A stretch of DNA of 36,654 nucleotides, from NCBI RefSeq assembly GCF_001194135.2, contig NC_068992.1, positions 16,174,355-16,211,008 on the forward strand, written 5' to 3'. A model generated the notes under the pieces. That model had not been told where the DNA came from and did not search any database. It saw only the letters and a program-made list of their open reading frames with translations. The number at the start of each line of letters is the position of its first letter. The first letter of the stretch is position 1. Made by a program: the position numbers and the translations under genes. Source of the DNA: Octopus bimaculoides (lineage: Eukaryota). Below, one piece after another: positions 11,085 to 21,497 of the stretch.

Positions 11085-11325
11085 AAGGCGGGGCGCTGGT
11101 AGAATCGTTATCACGCGCAGGAGAAATTGCTTAGAGGTATTTCGTCAGATTTGACGTTCTGAGTTCAAATTCCGCCGAGGTCGACTTTGCTTTTAACCCT
11201 TTCGGAATCGATAAAATAAGCACCAGTTACTCACTAGGGACGTTGTTATCCAGTTATTCCTTCTGTCGTAATTGTTGGCATTGTTCCTTATTGCAGAAAG
11301 GATTATAATTGTTATTATGATTATT
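11085..11325 (+). mobile_element. SINE family A copy (unit 1 of tandem trio)
   Basis: aaggcggggcgctggtagaatcgtt...gagttcaaattccgccgaggtcgac...gaaaggattataattgttatt tail. Confidence 0.85.
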
Positions 11326-11515
11326 AGAGTCGTTAGCATGTCGGGAAAGAATGTTTAGCGGTACTTCGTCCGACTTCACATTCCGAGTTCAAATTCCACC
11401 GAGTTCGACATTGCTTTTCATCATATGGGGGGGGGGGGTCGATAAAATAAGGACTAGTTATCCCCTCCCACAAAATTTCAGGGTGCCTATTGTAGAAAGG
11501 ATTGTTATGATTATT
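11326..11515 (+). mobile_element. SINE family A copy (unit 2, lacking the first head bases, internal deletion)
   Basis: agagtcgttagcatgtcggg...gagttcaaattcc...gtcgataaaataag...aaatttcaggg...gaaaggattgttatgattatt. Confidence 0.8.
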
Positions 11516-11748
11516 AAGTCTGGAAGCTGGTAGAATCGATAGCATACTGGGCAAAATATGTCGTGACTTTTCGTCCGTCTCTCACGTTCTGAGTTCAAAT
11601 TCTTCCGAGGTCGATTCTCTCTTTCAACCTTTCGGAGTCGATAAAGTAAATACCACTGGGATCAATATAATCGACTAACCGCCCCGCACAACCCATCCAG
11701 CTCGTAAAATTTCAGGCCTTGTGCCTATAGCAGAAAGGATCATCATCA

Positions 11749-11791
<43 letters not shown>
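11516..11791 (+). mobile_element. SINE family A copy (unit 3) with (ATC)/(ATT)n tail
   Basis: gctggtagaatcgatagc...gagttcaaattc...aaatttcaggccttgtgcctatagcagaaagg followed by (ATC)n(ATT)n. Confidence 0.85.
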
Positions 11792-11792
<1 letters not shown>

Positions 11793-12444
11793 CCTGTCGC
11801 ACAGTATACAATACTGTGAAGTTGTTGATTGAAGATATTGTGTCTACTGGGCGAGGGGGGGGGGTGTACTTTTTATCAAGTCACAACAATGGCCTCAGAC
11901 AGACTGTACTTTACGCAATATGGTTTGTAAAGATATATAAACTCTATTTTTGTTAGCAGTATCTTTGCCGTAGGTTCTAATTATGCTCTAATTTTAAATT
12001 GTCCTTCCTGTCTTATTCTGTTTTCTGTTGAACAACTGTGTCTATGTCTGAAGCTCTGCCGGCTTAACTCCAGCATTGATTGTTTTCCCTAAATTTCGTT
12101 TCTTGCTTGAAAAGAATTACGACCGAAGGACGTTTGTATTTATGTAATTTAGTGTAGTACTGCCATCAATGAAAGGATCACTTCTCCCTGTTACTTCGGA
12201 GACAATTTAGATCCACGAATAACAATACAAATACCCACCGTGCAAAACTAAATACACAATTAAAACATTGTTTTGACAAACCTTTTTTTTTTATTGCCCC
12301 AGGACAAGCGGAGAACGTTCATATATTCCGACGCCTGTTGTCACTGAAACAAAACAAAAATGATTTTGTTTTACTCGCCAAGTAATCCTGAAAGAAAGTA
12401 ACGACTCAATGGAGCTTTGTAAAGCTGTGCTTCCAGCGCAAACC

Positions 12445-12446
<2 letters not shown>

Positions 12447-12510
<64 letters not shown>
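12447..12510 (+). repeat. (TAA)n microsatellite
   Basis: Direct inspection. Confidence 0.95.
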
Positions 12511-12512
<2 letters not shown>

Positions 12513-12717
12513 GGGATATCAATAACAACATTAGTCTCCGTTATTTTTCCTTTCAGCTAATAAAATCATAAGTAGGATTTCATTATTATCAAGACGAAAA
12601 CAATGCATCAATTAATAAAAGGAAGAACAAAAGAAGCCCGGATAGAGACAATTGTATTAAAACTGCTTCTTACTACGTTAGACAATTATTATTCAATTCT
12701 ATATAAAATTGGATCTT

Positions 12718-12940
12718 GAAAGACAGCGAGAGAAGATATTCGAGAGCTTTACCAAGTGGCTTGAGAAAGATTGGCCTAACAATGTGCTAAGTTGTGCGTG
12801 GAACAAGAGAAAACATGGAGGTCATTGATCACAACATCTGTATGCATAGCAGAGAGAGATAGAGATAGAGAGAGAGTGAGAGAGCGGAGAGAGAGAGACA
12901 GGGCGGGGGAGAGAGAGCGGGAGAGAGAGAGAGAGAGAAT
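12718..12940 (+). mobile_element. RTE-clade LINE 3' end remnant with (AG)n tail
   Basis: RQREKIFESFTKWLEK...(frameshift) TWRSLITTSVCIA resembles the RTE ORF C-terminus (GRQR.K..D.L..W...DR..WRS.I). It is followed directly by (AG)n. Confidence 0.55.
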
Positions 12941-13443
12941 AATGATAGACCCCTTTGTAAAGTCTTTTAAGAGAGCAACATTCGCCACAGGGACAATTGT
13001 TATTGCTTCGTAGTCTCGGGTCTCATTTTCCCCCTCTATTAACAGTTAAAAGTAATTCCACTACATTGTGCTCTGCGTTCCGTCTAGTACAGTATGCTTC
13101 TCTTCTACAATTCTCTAACACCGTATCAATAGAAAAGATTCCTTATGGATACAGTGAAGGCAATGAACAACTAAATGTCGTTATTTTTGCAAATCAATGT
13201 ATAAGATTTTGCACAGCATTTTAATTTTTATATACTGTAACCTTCAGTTGTTATTCCACCATACGTCACGTTAAGATTTACTTCTCACGTCACTCCATAA
13301 ATGTCAACGATAATCCACCTGGACTACGGATCCATAATATAATTCTTGAATATAATCATTTCGTGTCCGCTTCAGAAGCGCCTAAAGCCAACTTAAGCTA
13401 TGTTCTCCAGCATATATATATACATACACACATACATACATAC

Positions 13444-13775
13444 TGCCTCAACAAAAACCTGGAAAAATTAGGGTTCTCAAAACCTGAAAGAAAAAGGCTG
13501 ATTAGAAGACTACAGATTCAAGCCATCAATGGAACTGTAAAGATATGTAAAACTTTCCAAAAATTTAGCACATAAATACATATGCATGCATCTAAAACGC
13601 ATCCATAAAACAAACATACAAATCTGCGCATACACTAACACCAAATACTGCACACACACACATATGCACAAATACCTAGATGATGCTGATAAAAGTTCCA
13701 ATGAAGGAGCCTTGAATCTATGTTAGAGTCCGGCTCTTTCTCTATGGACAAGAAATACAGAAATGAAACTGATTG
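13444..13775 (+). mobile_element. RLE-type non-LTR retrotransposon 3' end (endonuclease C-terminus plus 3' UTR)
   Basis: CLNKNLEKLGFSKPERKRLIRRLQIQAINGTVKICKTFQKF, homologous to 25250-25560 on the minus strand. The 3' UTR has a GAGCC...GGCTC motif shared with the 25190-25600 copy. Confidence 0.7.
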
Positions 13776-14059
13776 ATAACATACATACAGCGCGCCCACG
13801 CACACACTCACACTAACAACTCATTGATTTTCTACACACTGAAATAATATCTTTACACTGAATAACACATCTCACATTGAGAACGGTGCTGCTGACGTCA
13901 CACACAAACATATGTATCTTCTGCTTCATTTGTAAAGGTTGTGCAATTGTTGCCCTCTTCCATTTAATTAGTTTTAAAGCCTCAAACATCTTTACAGCAG
14001 AAACCTGTAACAAACATAGATTTCGATTTCTTTATATTTCTATATTTATATTTCTACTT

Positions 14060-14755
<696 letters not shown>

Positions 14756-14837
14756 TGGTGTTATAAGAACAAAAAGAAAAAATAAGAAAAAAATATGGTG
14801 GATTAGGCTGTTGAAAGTGCATTATACTTCGTGCTGG

Positions 14838-14900
14838 ATCGCAATCAAAACTTTAACGCTTTCAATGCCTGATTAAGGCACTTCTTCAGTATTTAACGAT
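14838..14900 (-). ncRNA. Type I hammerhead ribozyme motif, partly degenerate
   Basis: Minus strand: atcgttaaata-CTGAAGA-AGTGCCT taatc AGGCATT-GAAA-GC gttaaa GT-TT^tgattgcgat. Helix II has 7 bp (one G-U). Helix I is imperfect and the cleavage triplet is UUU. Confidence 0.6.
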
Positions 14901-15309
14901 CAGATGTTATTTCACTCAGAGTTGATTGAAAAACTCTGTGTTATCAGTGGGAATTTTGATTCACCAAATTCAACGCCAAGATTTAAGTTTATTTACATAA
15001 CTAATTATAGAACGTCTTGCTAGTATTGACATCAGCTTCACAAAACGGTGACACTAATGAATTCTTAATGGTGCATACATAATGCGAATGTTAAGAATAG
15101 ATAATGGAAAGTTAGTTTATTTCTATTGTTGTTCCACGTTTGGCGCTCGCATAATAGGTTCTGGTTATGAAACAATTTCCAGTCTCAAATTTATAGCCAT
15201 CATCGTTTATCGTGGAATATTTGGCCCAAAAACTGTAAAGAAAATGATCTTCTCAAACTTTGCCAATTCTAATATATAAAGTATTATGAATGACATTGCT
15301 GATGACATT

Positions 15310-15316
15310 GCTGCTG

Positions 15317-15383
<67 letters not shown>
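15310..15383 (+). repeat. (TGC)/(TAC)n microsatellite
   Basis: Direct inspection. Confidence 0.95.
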
Positions 15384-15454
15384 AAAAAAAAATAAATTAT
15401 AATGACAATAATAATAATGATGATTGTTATTGGCATTGTTATTATTAAAGAAGG

Positions 15455-15672
15455 CAAAATGGCAGAATCGTTAGCACACCGGGCGAAATGCTTAGCGGTA
15501 TTTCATCCGTCTTTATGTTCTGAGTTCAAATTCCGTCGAGGTCAACTCTGCCTTTCATCCTTTCGGGATCGATAAATTAAGTACTAGCTGAACACTAGTG
15601 TCGATGTAATCGACTCATCTCCTCCCCCAAAATTGCTGCCCCTCTGGTAAAATTCGAAACTATTATTAATTA
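15455..15672 (+). mobile_element. SINE family A copy
   Basis: atggcagaatcgttagcacaccgggcgaaatgcttagcgg...gagttcaaattcc...cctttcgggatcgataaattaagtact; sits in ATT-rich context at both ends. Confidence 0.9.
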
Positions 15673-15870
15673 TACCATCTGTTACGTATACATTATATCG
15701 TACCTTAATACTGTGTGGACTAAGATCCCCGTTCACAGGCCACTGGTATTTATAGGGTTAAACACTTTCGGTATGCAAATTAGGGACTCCTTCATAAAGT
15801 AACTGCTGCATTTATTGAATATATAAACAGTTTGGCTGCTTGTTTATTAGGAGTTTGTCAAAATTATGTA

Positions 15871-15912
15871 GACACCTCTGATGAGAACCTAACAAGGTTC
15901 AAAAACCAATTT
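15871..15912 (+). ncRNA. Hammerhead core remnant
   Basis: CTGATGA-GAACC taacaa GGTTC-AAAA. Helix II is perfect. G12 appears mutated (CG to CA, consistent with CpG decay) and the helix I partner is absent. Confidence 0.5.
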
Positions 15913-16001
15913 TTTCCAGTTTGCGGAGAAATGGCTAAAATTTTGCAGTGTTTATAATTATACCATATGTTACGTTTTATTATTTGTAGTAGTAGTAATA
16001 A

Positions 16002-16402
16002 CGGCAGACGCGGCTGTATGGTATGAAGTTTGATATCCAACCATATAGCTTTGGATTCACTCCTACCGCGTGGGCACTTTGGCAAGTGTCTTCTACTTTC
16101 CAACTAAACCGGGCAGAATAAAGTCTTGAGAGTGAATTTAGAAGACAGAAACTCGTCATATGTATATATTTATATGCATGTGTGTGTGTGTGTGTTTGTG
16201 TGTTTGTCGCCACTACCGCTTGACAACCGATGTTCGTTTGTTAGCGTCTTCGTTCCTTGGCAGTTCAGCAATAAAGAACGACTGATTAAGTTTCAGGCAT
16301 ATAAAGACTAAATATTAGGAGTGGTCCATTTAAGTAATATCCTTCGAAATAGTGCCCCAGCATGTCCGGAATCTAATGGCTGGAGAATATAAAAGACAAA
16401 AG
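16002..16402 (+). mobile_element. SINE family B copy, full length, short internal (TG)n
   Basis: gcggctgtatggt...ttggcaagtgtcttcta...(TG)n...cgcttgacaaccgatg...ccccagcatg...aaaagacaaaag; colinear with 20336-20732. Confidence 0.8.
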
Positions 16403-16411
16403 CTTCGATAC

Positions 16412-16804
16412 TGGAGGCGCAATGGCCCAGTGGTTAGGGTAGCGGACTCGCAGTCATAGGATCGCAGTTTCAATTCCCAGACCGGGCGTTGTGAGTGTTT
16501 ATTGAGCGAAAACACCTAAATCTCCACGAGGTTCCGGCAGGGGATGGTGGTGAATCCTGCTGTACTCTTTCACCACAACTTTCACTCCTACTTCCTGTTT
16601 CTGTTGTGCCTGTAATTCAAAGGGCCAGCCTTGTCACACTGTGTCACGGTGAATATCCCCGAGAACTACGTTAAGGGTATACGTGTCTGTGGAGTGCTCA
16701 GCCATTTGCACGTTAATTTCACGAGCAGGCTGTTCCGTTGATCGGATCAACTGGAACTCTCGACGTCGTAAGCGACGGAGTGCCAGCAACGAACAACAAC
16801 AACA
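16412..16804 (+). mobile_element. tRNA-derived SINE, family C, apparently young, (CAA)n tail
   Basis: tggaggcgcaatggcccagtggttagg (A box), gtttcaattcc (B-box-like), GC-rich CpG-retaining body, ends gccagcaacgaacaacaacaac. Confidence 0.85.
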
Positions 16805-17200
16805 GTGATATCGATATCGTACTATACAACATGGTTTTGTCATCGTTGGACATACAATGTAATGGAGTATACGCAAGTGGTATGAAATATTCTTTATTAT
16901 GGAAGCAGTAAAGTATCACAATATGTCAGATACGATAGAGTGAGTTCTGGAATACCTGTCTCATATAATCTAAGTTCCACCTTCCATATTCCAGCCTGGA
17001 TTTTCTACATTGAACTATTTTGCTGTCCACATTTCACTTCACAGTTGATGCAATTGCCTTACTATAACGTTTTATTACTTCCATTGTATTCCTTGAACTC
17101 TTCAGATATTTGACCTCATTCATAGATTATTAGCAAATATTTCGGTTCTAGTATATAATATGGCAGCATGTTGGGTAAACTTATCACAGAGTTATGACTG
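16805..17200 (-). mobile_element. Very degraded CR1-like LINE RT fragment
   Basis: Remnants ILEPKYLLII (about SILGPLLFLI), W TAK*FNVE (about W...FNVEKC) and VQR (about VQRRATK), in the expected order. Confidence 0.4.
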
Positions 17201-18124
17201 ATATTATTGCACGATTTATGAAACCAAAAGTATTAAGTCACGTTGCAAGAAATAGAAAACAATTCTGTCTCCTTAAATTGAAACACTATAAACTTCGAAA
17301 TAAAACAAGGACACGTAAATAATATTGTTGAAAATATATTATATCTGATAATAGGTCATTGTAGTCACGAGTGATAATATATGACCTGGGGTTAAATAAA
17401 ATATCTATCAATCTTGTGTATATCTTACCTGCTATACTCGATTTTGTAAGACTTTACATTAATGTCTTAACCAATAATCAATAAGCGATATTTAATCACA
17501 CATGAAACTGGTAGAGGCTACAGATCAAACAATAGGGCACTACATTGTAATTTGCACCTATCATTATGTATTAAACTGCTAGATCTATAGTCTTGGCTTG
17601 GTCTACCAAATCGTTTATGAAAGATAAATGTACCTAATTGGCATAAAATGCTTTTAATTACGAAAGCAGCTGTGTAACAGCATGGGTAGAGTTCCAAAAT
17701 AAATGAATCACACGAATGAATTTGGCCATCATATGAGGCGTTTATTTTGGAACTCTCAGATGTGTGTTCAAGTATGGTTTATGCTTCTGAAGTTTGGGTT
17801 AAATCTATTATTTCTTTATGTTTTCTTTTTGTTTTTACACTTATATTTTGACACAAGGCTCGTAGTAAAATCTGCAGCAAACAGAAATCAAATGCTTGTG
17901 ATTAGCAGAATTCATTATCTAACTATCGATCGTCTATATCTTAACTTGAAAAATAACCAAGACGGATATTGGCATTCATCAATAAATGGTGCATAAATTG
18001 TGCAGTTCACGTTTTCAAAGATCGCTTCATCCAACACTATTCTTCCTGGTGACGTTTCTTTTTATATTTATTTATGCCAAAAATCTCTAACTTAAGACAA
18101 CATTATAATCATTGAAATATTTTC

Positions 18125-18278
18125 GGTAGGATTTTGTTATATTGTTAATTCTAATAGCAGCAAGTAAAGATTCACTCTGCTGTTTGATGTATCATCCCAG
18201 ACTGTTCTTCTCGTTGACAACAGACATGTTGCACCCTATGAGACCTCTGCGACCCTGTTTCTAGGCACATACTGTCTG

Positions 18279-18280
<2 letters not shown>
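18125..18280 (-). mobile_element. R4/Dong-like RT thumb fragment (second lineage) starting directly after (TAA)n
   Basis: DRQYVPRNR-(frameshift)-RGLIGCNMSVVNEKNSLG*YIKQQSESLLAAIRINNI resembles DRLY.PR..GGRGLI...V..E..SL..Y. Confidence 0.7.
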
Positions 18281-18336
<56 letters not shown>

Positions 18337-18344
18337 TAATTATT
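18281..18344 (+). repeat. (ATT)n microsatellite
   Basis: Direct inspection. Confidence 0.95.
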
Positions 18345-19087
18345 GTCCATCACCACTAGGTCCGGTCTGTTATGCTCTAGCACCTGATCTACTCGGATTG
18401 GGAAATCCCACAGGACTTTGCATGTATCCAACACCGCCACTCTTCACGGTTTGTGCTCATACCACGTTTTGCCTCTTTATAGCACCCACTTTCGCACAGT
18501 TTACAATGTATTACTTTCGCTGCCTGGGCAAGTCTAAGGCATTCTTTCGTGATATAGGCAATAGTTTCATCCACTCTATTGCAGATGCGGCACAGCGGAG
18601 ACACTTTCTCATTCCTAAGGTTGATTCTCCAGTTCGTGGCCAAAACGTGGTCTTGCGCAGCCAGTATAGTGCTGTCGGTCACATTTTTTAGCGTTCCTAT
18701 CATGAGCCAATCCCACCTATTTTTTCCATCAACTTCTGTTGTGGCTACATAGAATTGATTGTGCATTCCTTTCTTGCGTAATTCTTCTTCATGTCATTTT
18801 TGTATTTCTTTTATTTTTTTTCTTTATTCTCTACTTTCAATACTCCTTCGGTTCTAACTGTCACTAGCAAAGTTTCCTTACTTTGGACTAGGTATCTCAT
18901 TAAGCTCTCAAGTTCGATACACACGCAGTCTTCCACACTTATCAGTCCCCTTACTTCATTTGCTCTCTTCATGTATAGGTGATCAGTGACTACACGAGGA
19001 TGATGGGCTCTATGCATCTTTAGGAGCTGTCTTGACTGCCTGTTCATCTCCTCTAGCTCCTCCTCTCTCCACTCCAGGAGCCCAGCG

Positions 19088-19089
<2 letters not shown>
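18345..19089 (-). mobile_element. R4/Dong-like RLE non-LTR retrotransposon fragment (RT thumb, CCHC-type knuckle, start of RLE)
   Basis: AGLLEWREEELEEMNRQSRQLLKMHRAHHPRVVTDHLYMKRANEVRGLISVEDCV; WDWL..GTLK..TDSTILAAQDHVLATN..CRICNRVDETIAYITKECLRLAQ; KVLWDFPIRVDQVLEHNRPDLVVMD. Contains frameshifts and lacks the His-containing RHD segment. Confidence 0.88.
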
Positions 19090-19184
<95 letters not shown>

Positions 19185-19198
19185 CATTATTATCATTT
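19090..19198 (+). repeat. (ATT)n microsatellite
   Basis: Direct inspection; gives the poly-N run in track ORF 18811-19242. Confidence 0.95.
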
Positions 19199-19364
19199 AT
19201 AGGAGCAGCAAAATAAATAAATAAATAATTATATTTGAACACAATAGTAAACTCAAAAAGTTCTGTAGTAGGTAATATTCGATGATGAAAAGTAAGTATT
19301 GTTCAATATGAGAAATATAGTGAAGCTGGAATTGTTTCCTTGGGAAGAGAGCGGTGTAAGATAT

Positions 19365-19380
19365 ACATACAGGCATGCAC

Positions 19381-19450
<70 letters not shown>

Positions 19451-19590
19451 ATATGCGTGTATATATATATATATATACACACACATAGATACATACATAT
19501 ATACACAGACACACATATATGTGTATATGTATGTATACATATGCCTGTTTGTCTGTGTGTCTGTGTGTATGTATGTACCTATATATGTAT
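19365..19590 (+). repeat. Compound (CATA)/(TA)/(CA)/(TG) microsatellite; similar tracts at 1-170, 668-745, 4421-4700, 8790-8919, 9294-9352, 10469-10540, 20210-20320, 23728-23800, 27583-27714, 32853-33015, 33870-34080, 35520-35940, 36320-36385, 36525-36595
   Basis: Direct inspection. Confidence 0.95.
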
Positions 19591-19821
19591 GTCGGATAAT
19601 ATACGTTAAGTTGTCTTTAGACGCTTCTCTAGAGCAAATGCAAAACGATTACATAAGGTTAACCTTACATACAGCTCTTACATGTCACGTCTTCTGCAGT
19701 TGTGTTGAGAAAATTTCTCATTACAACTTCTGATGAGATGATAAATTATTGCCTGAGTTGAATCTAATGCGATATTTTTCTTTCATGCTGTCTTATTTTT
19801 AAGTAATGTTTAAAACACATG

Positions 19822-20045
19822 AAGGCGGTGAGTTGGCAAAATTGTTACTGCGCGGAGCAAAATGCTTTGCGGCGTTAAGTCCGTCTTTACGCCCTGAGGT
19901 GAATTTCTAATAAGGTTGACTTTACATTTCATTCTTTCAGGATCGATAAAATGTGTACCAGTTGTGCACTAGGGTCGATGCAATCGACTTATGGTCCCCT
20001 CTCTCGGGATTGCTAGCTTTGTGCTACAAATTAAATCGAATACTA
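19822..20045 (+). mobile_element. SINE family A copy, diverged
   Basis: gaaggcggtgagttggcaaaattgtt...ggatcgataaaatgtgtaccagttgtgcactagggtcgatgcaatcgactt. Confidence 0.8.
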
Positions 20046-20258
20046 GGACGTGTAGCAATGCATTGAAATTGTGATCAGCTAATTAGAACCGTCCATCATT
20101 CGATGGTATTATTTAGGGAAAACGCAGAACGACAAAAAGAAAAAGAAATATATGATTCTCTACTAAATAACAGTCAATTAATCAGTACATCTAAGAAAGC
20201 TTGCAATGAGTGTGTGTGTGTGTGTATGTGTGCGCGCGCACAAGGATGTGTATCCCTA

Positions 20259-20309
<51 letters not shown>

Positions 20310-20335
20310 GTGTATGTATACCTTTCATCGTTTAA

Positions 20336-20732
20336 CTGATTCAGTCATTCGACTGCACCCACGCTAGGGCACAGCTTTGAAGAATTTTAAGTCGAATGAA
20401 TAGATCCCAATATTTCTTTTGTTTAAAACCTGCTACCCATTCTATCAATATCTTTTGCCAAACTGCAAGATTACGGGGACGTAAACACCCCACCATTAGT
20501 TGTCAAGCCGTGGTAGTGGGGGGCAAAGACACACGCGCAAACAACACACACACGCATACACATATACACTACGGGATTATTTCAGTTTCCGTCAACCAAA
20601 TCCTCTCACACGTCTTCGGTCGGCCCGAGGCTATAATACAAGGCACTTGCTCAAGGTACCAGGCAGTGGGACTGAACCCGGAGCCATGTGTTTGGGAAGC
20701 AAACTTCTTACCAAACAGCCACTCCTGCGCCT
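20336..20732 (-). mobile_element. SINE family B copy, full length
   Basis: Minus strand: ataggcgcaggagtggctgtttggtaagaagtttgcttccc...gggttcagtcccactgcctggtaccttgagcaagtg (tRNA-like head plus CORE-like CCTTGAGCAAG), internal (TG)n, 3' domain. Confidence 0.88.
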
Positions 20733-21400
20733 ATATACGTATATATTGTTTCTTTCTTTTGGGATTTTCGACAATGTCTACGGGTTATACACCAACAGAC
20801 ACAAAATATATGTATATAAGTAAGCGTAGATAAGTGCATTTGTATACAAGTCTAGACGTACGTATACGTATGGTTGTGTGTGTGTGTGTATAAGTTTGTA
20901 TGTGTATGTGTGTGTGTGCGTGTTTGACCATGGGTGTAATCGTGAATAACGGCTGGCATTTATGTATACATGGGCATTCTTTACCCAAATTACATAATAC
21001 ATATGCATACATCTGTGCGTAAATGTATATTTATGCCCATATAGTATATGTAATATGCTTATATAGGTTTATATTTATTGAAAGTCTCGTATATATTTAT
21101 ATGAAATCCCAGATATGTGTATGCTCTATGAACATATTCAAATGGAAGTAGATTTTGTAATACACGTGCATACATGACATTTCAATGCAAATGCATAATA
21201 TCTATAAGTTTGCACTTTTTGTTTTTGCATCTACTGCACGATTATATGAACCATAAGCTGTCAATAGCACAGGAAAATATGCGCGGCTATTTTGCCCCGT
21301 TTTGTAAGACCAAATTTAACGTGAGAGAAATAACAAATGCCGCAAGTTCTTGAGTTACTGACATTGGCCTTTTTGTATTTTTTCATATCTCACTTTGCAG

Positions 21401-21497
21401 CACCTGTTAACGTTTGAAGCCACTCGAAATATCATGAAGGCAACTGCAAAGTGAAAAACGGAATGCCAGGATATTTCTTAAGAGAAAATTCTGAAAG
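21401..21497 (+). other. Candidate internal exon (97 bp), possibly 5' UTR plus start codon
   Basis: Pyrimidine-rich tract ending ...ctcactttgcAG, then donor AAG|GTAACA. Stops occur in all three frames, but ATG CCA GGA...(MPGYFLRENSE) is open to the donor. Confidence 0.3.

Noticed and set aside
12400-12446. LCKAVLPAQTI before (TAA)n, resembling the Dong RLE C-terminus (LQKAVLLGTA)
   Set aside because: The match is too short and degenerate to support.
16412-16485. tRNA-like sequence
   Set aside because: It continues into a SINE body with a (CAA)n tail, so it is a SINE head rather than a tRNA gene. The same applies to 20660-20732 and 23430-23502.
17990-18060. Possible continuation of the second Dong fragment (SPGRIVLDEAIFENVNC)
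   Set aside because: Motif match is not convincing by eye.
19727-19770. CTGATGA heptamer (also 22335, 26850, 32696 and near-match 33675)
   Set aside because: No helix II followed by GAAA; such heptamers are expected by chance in 36 kb.
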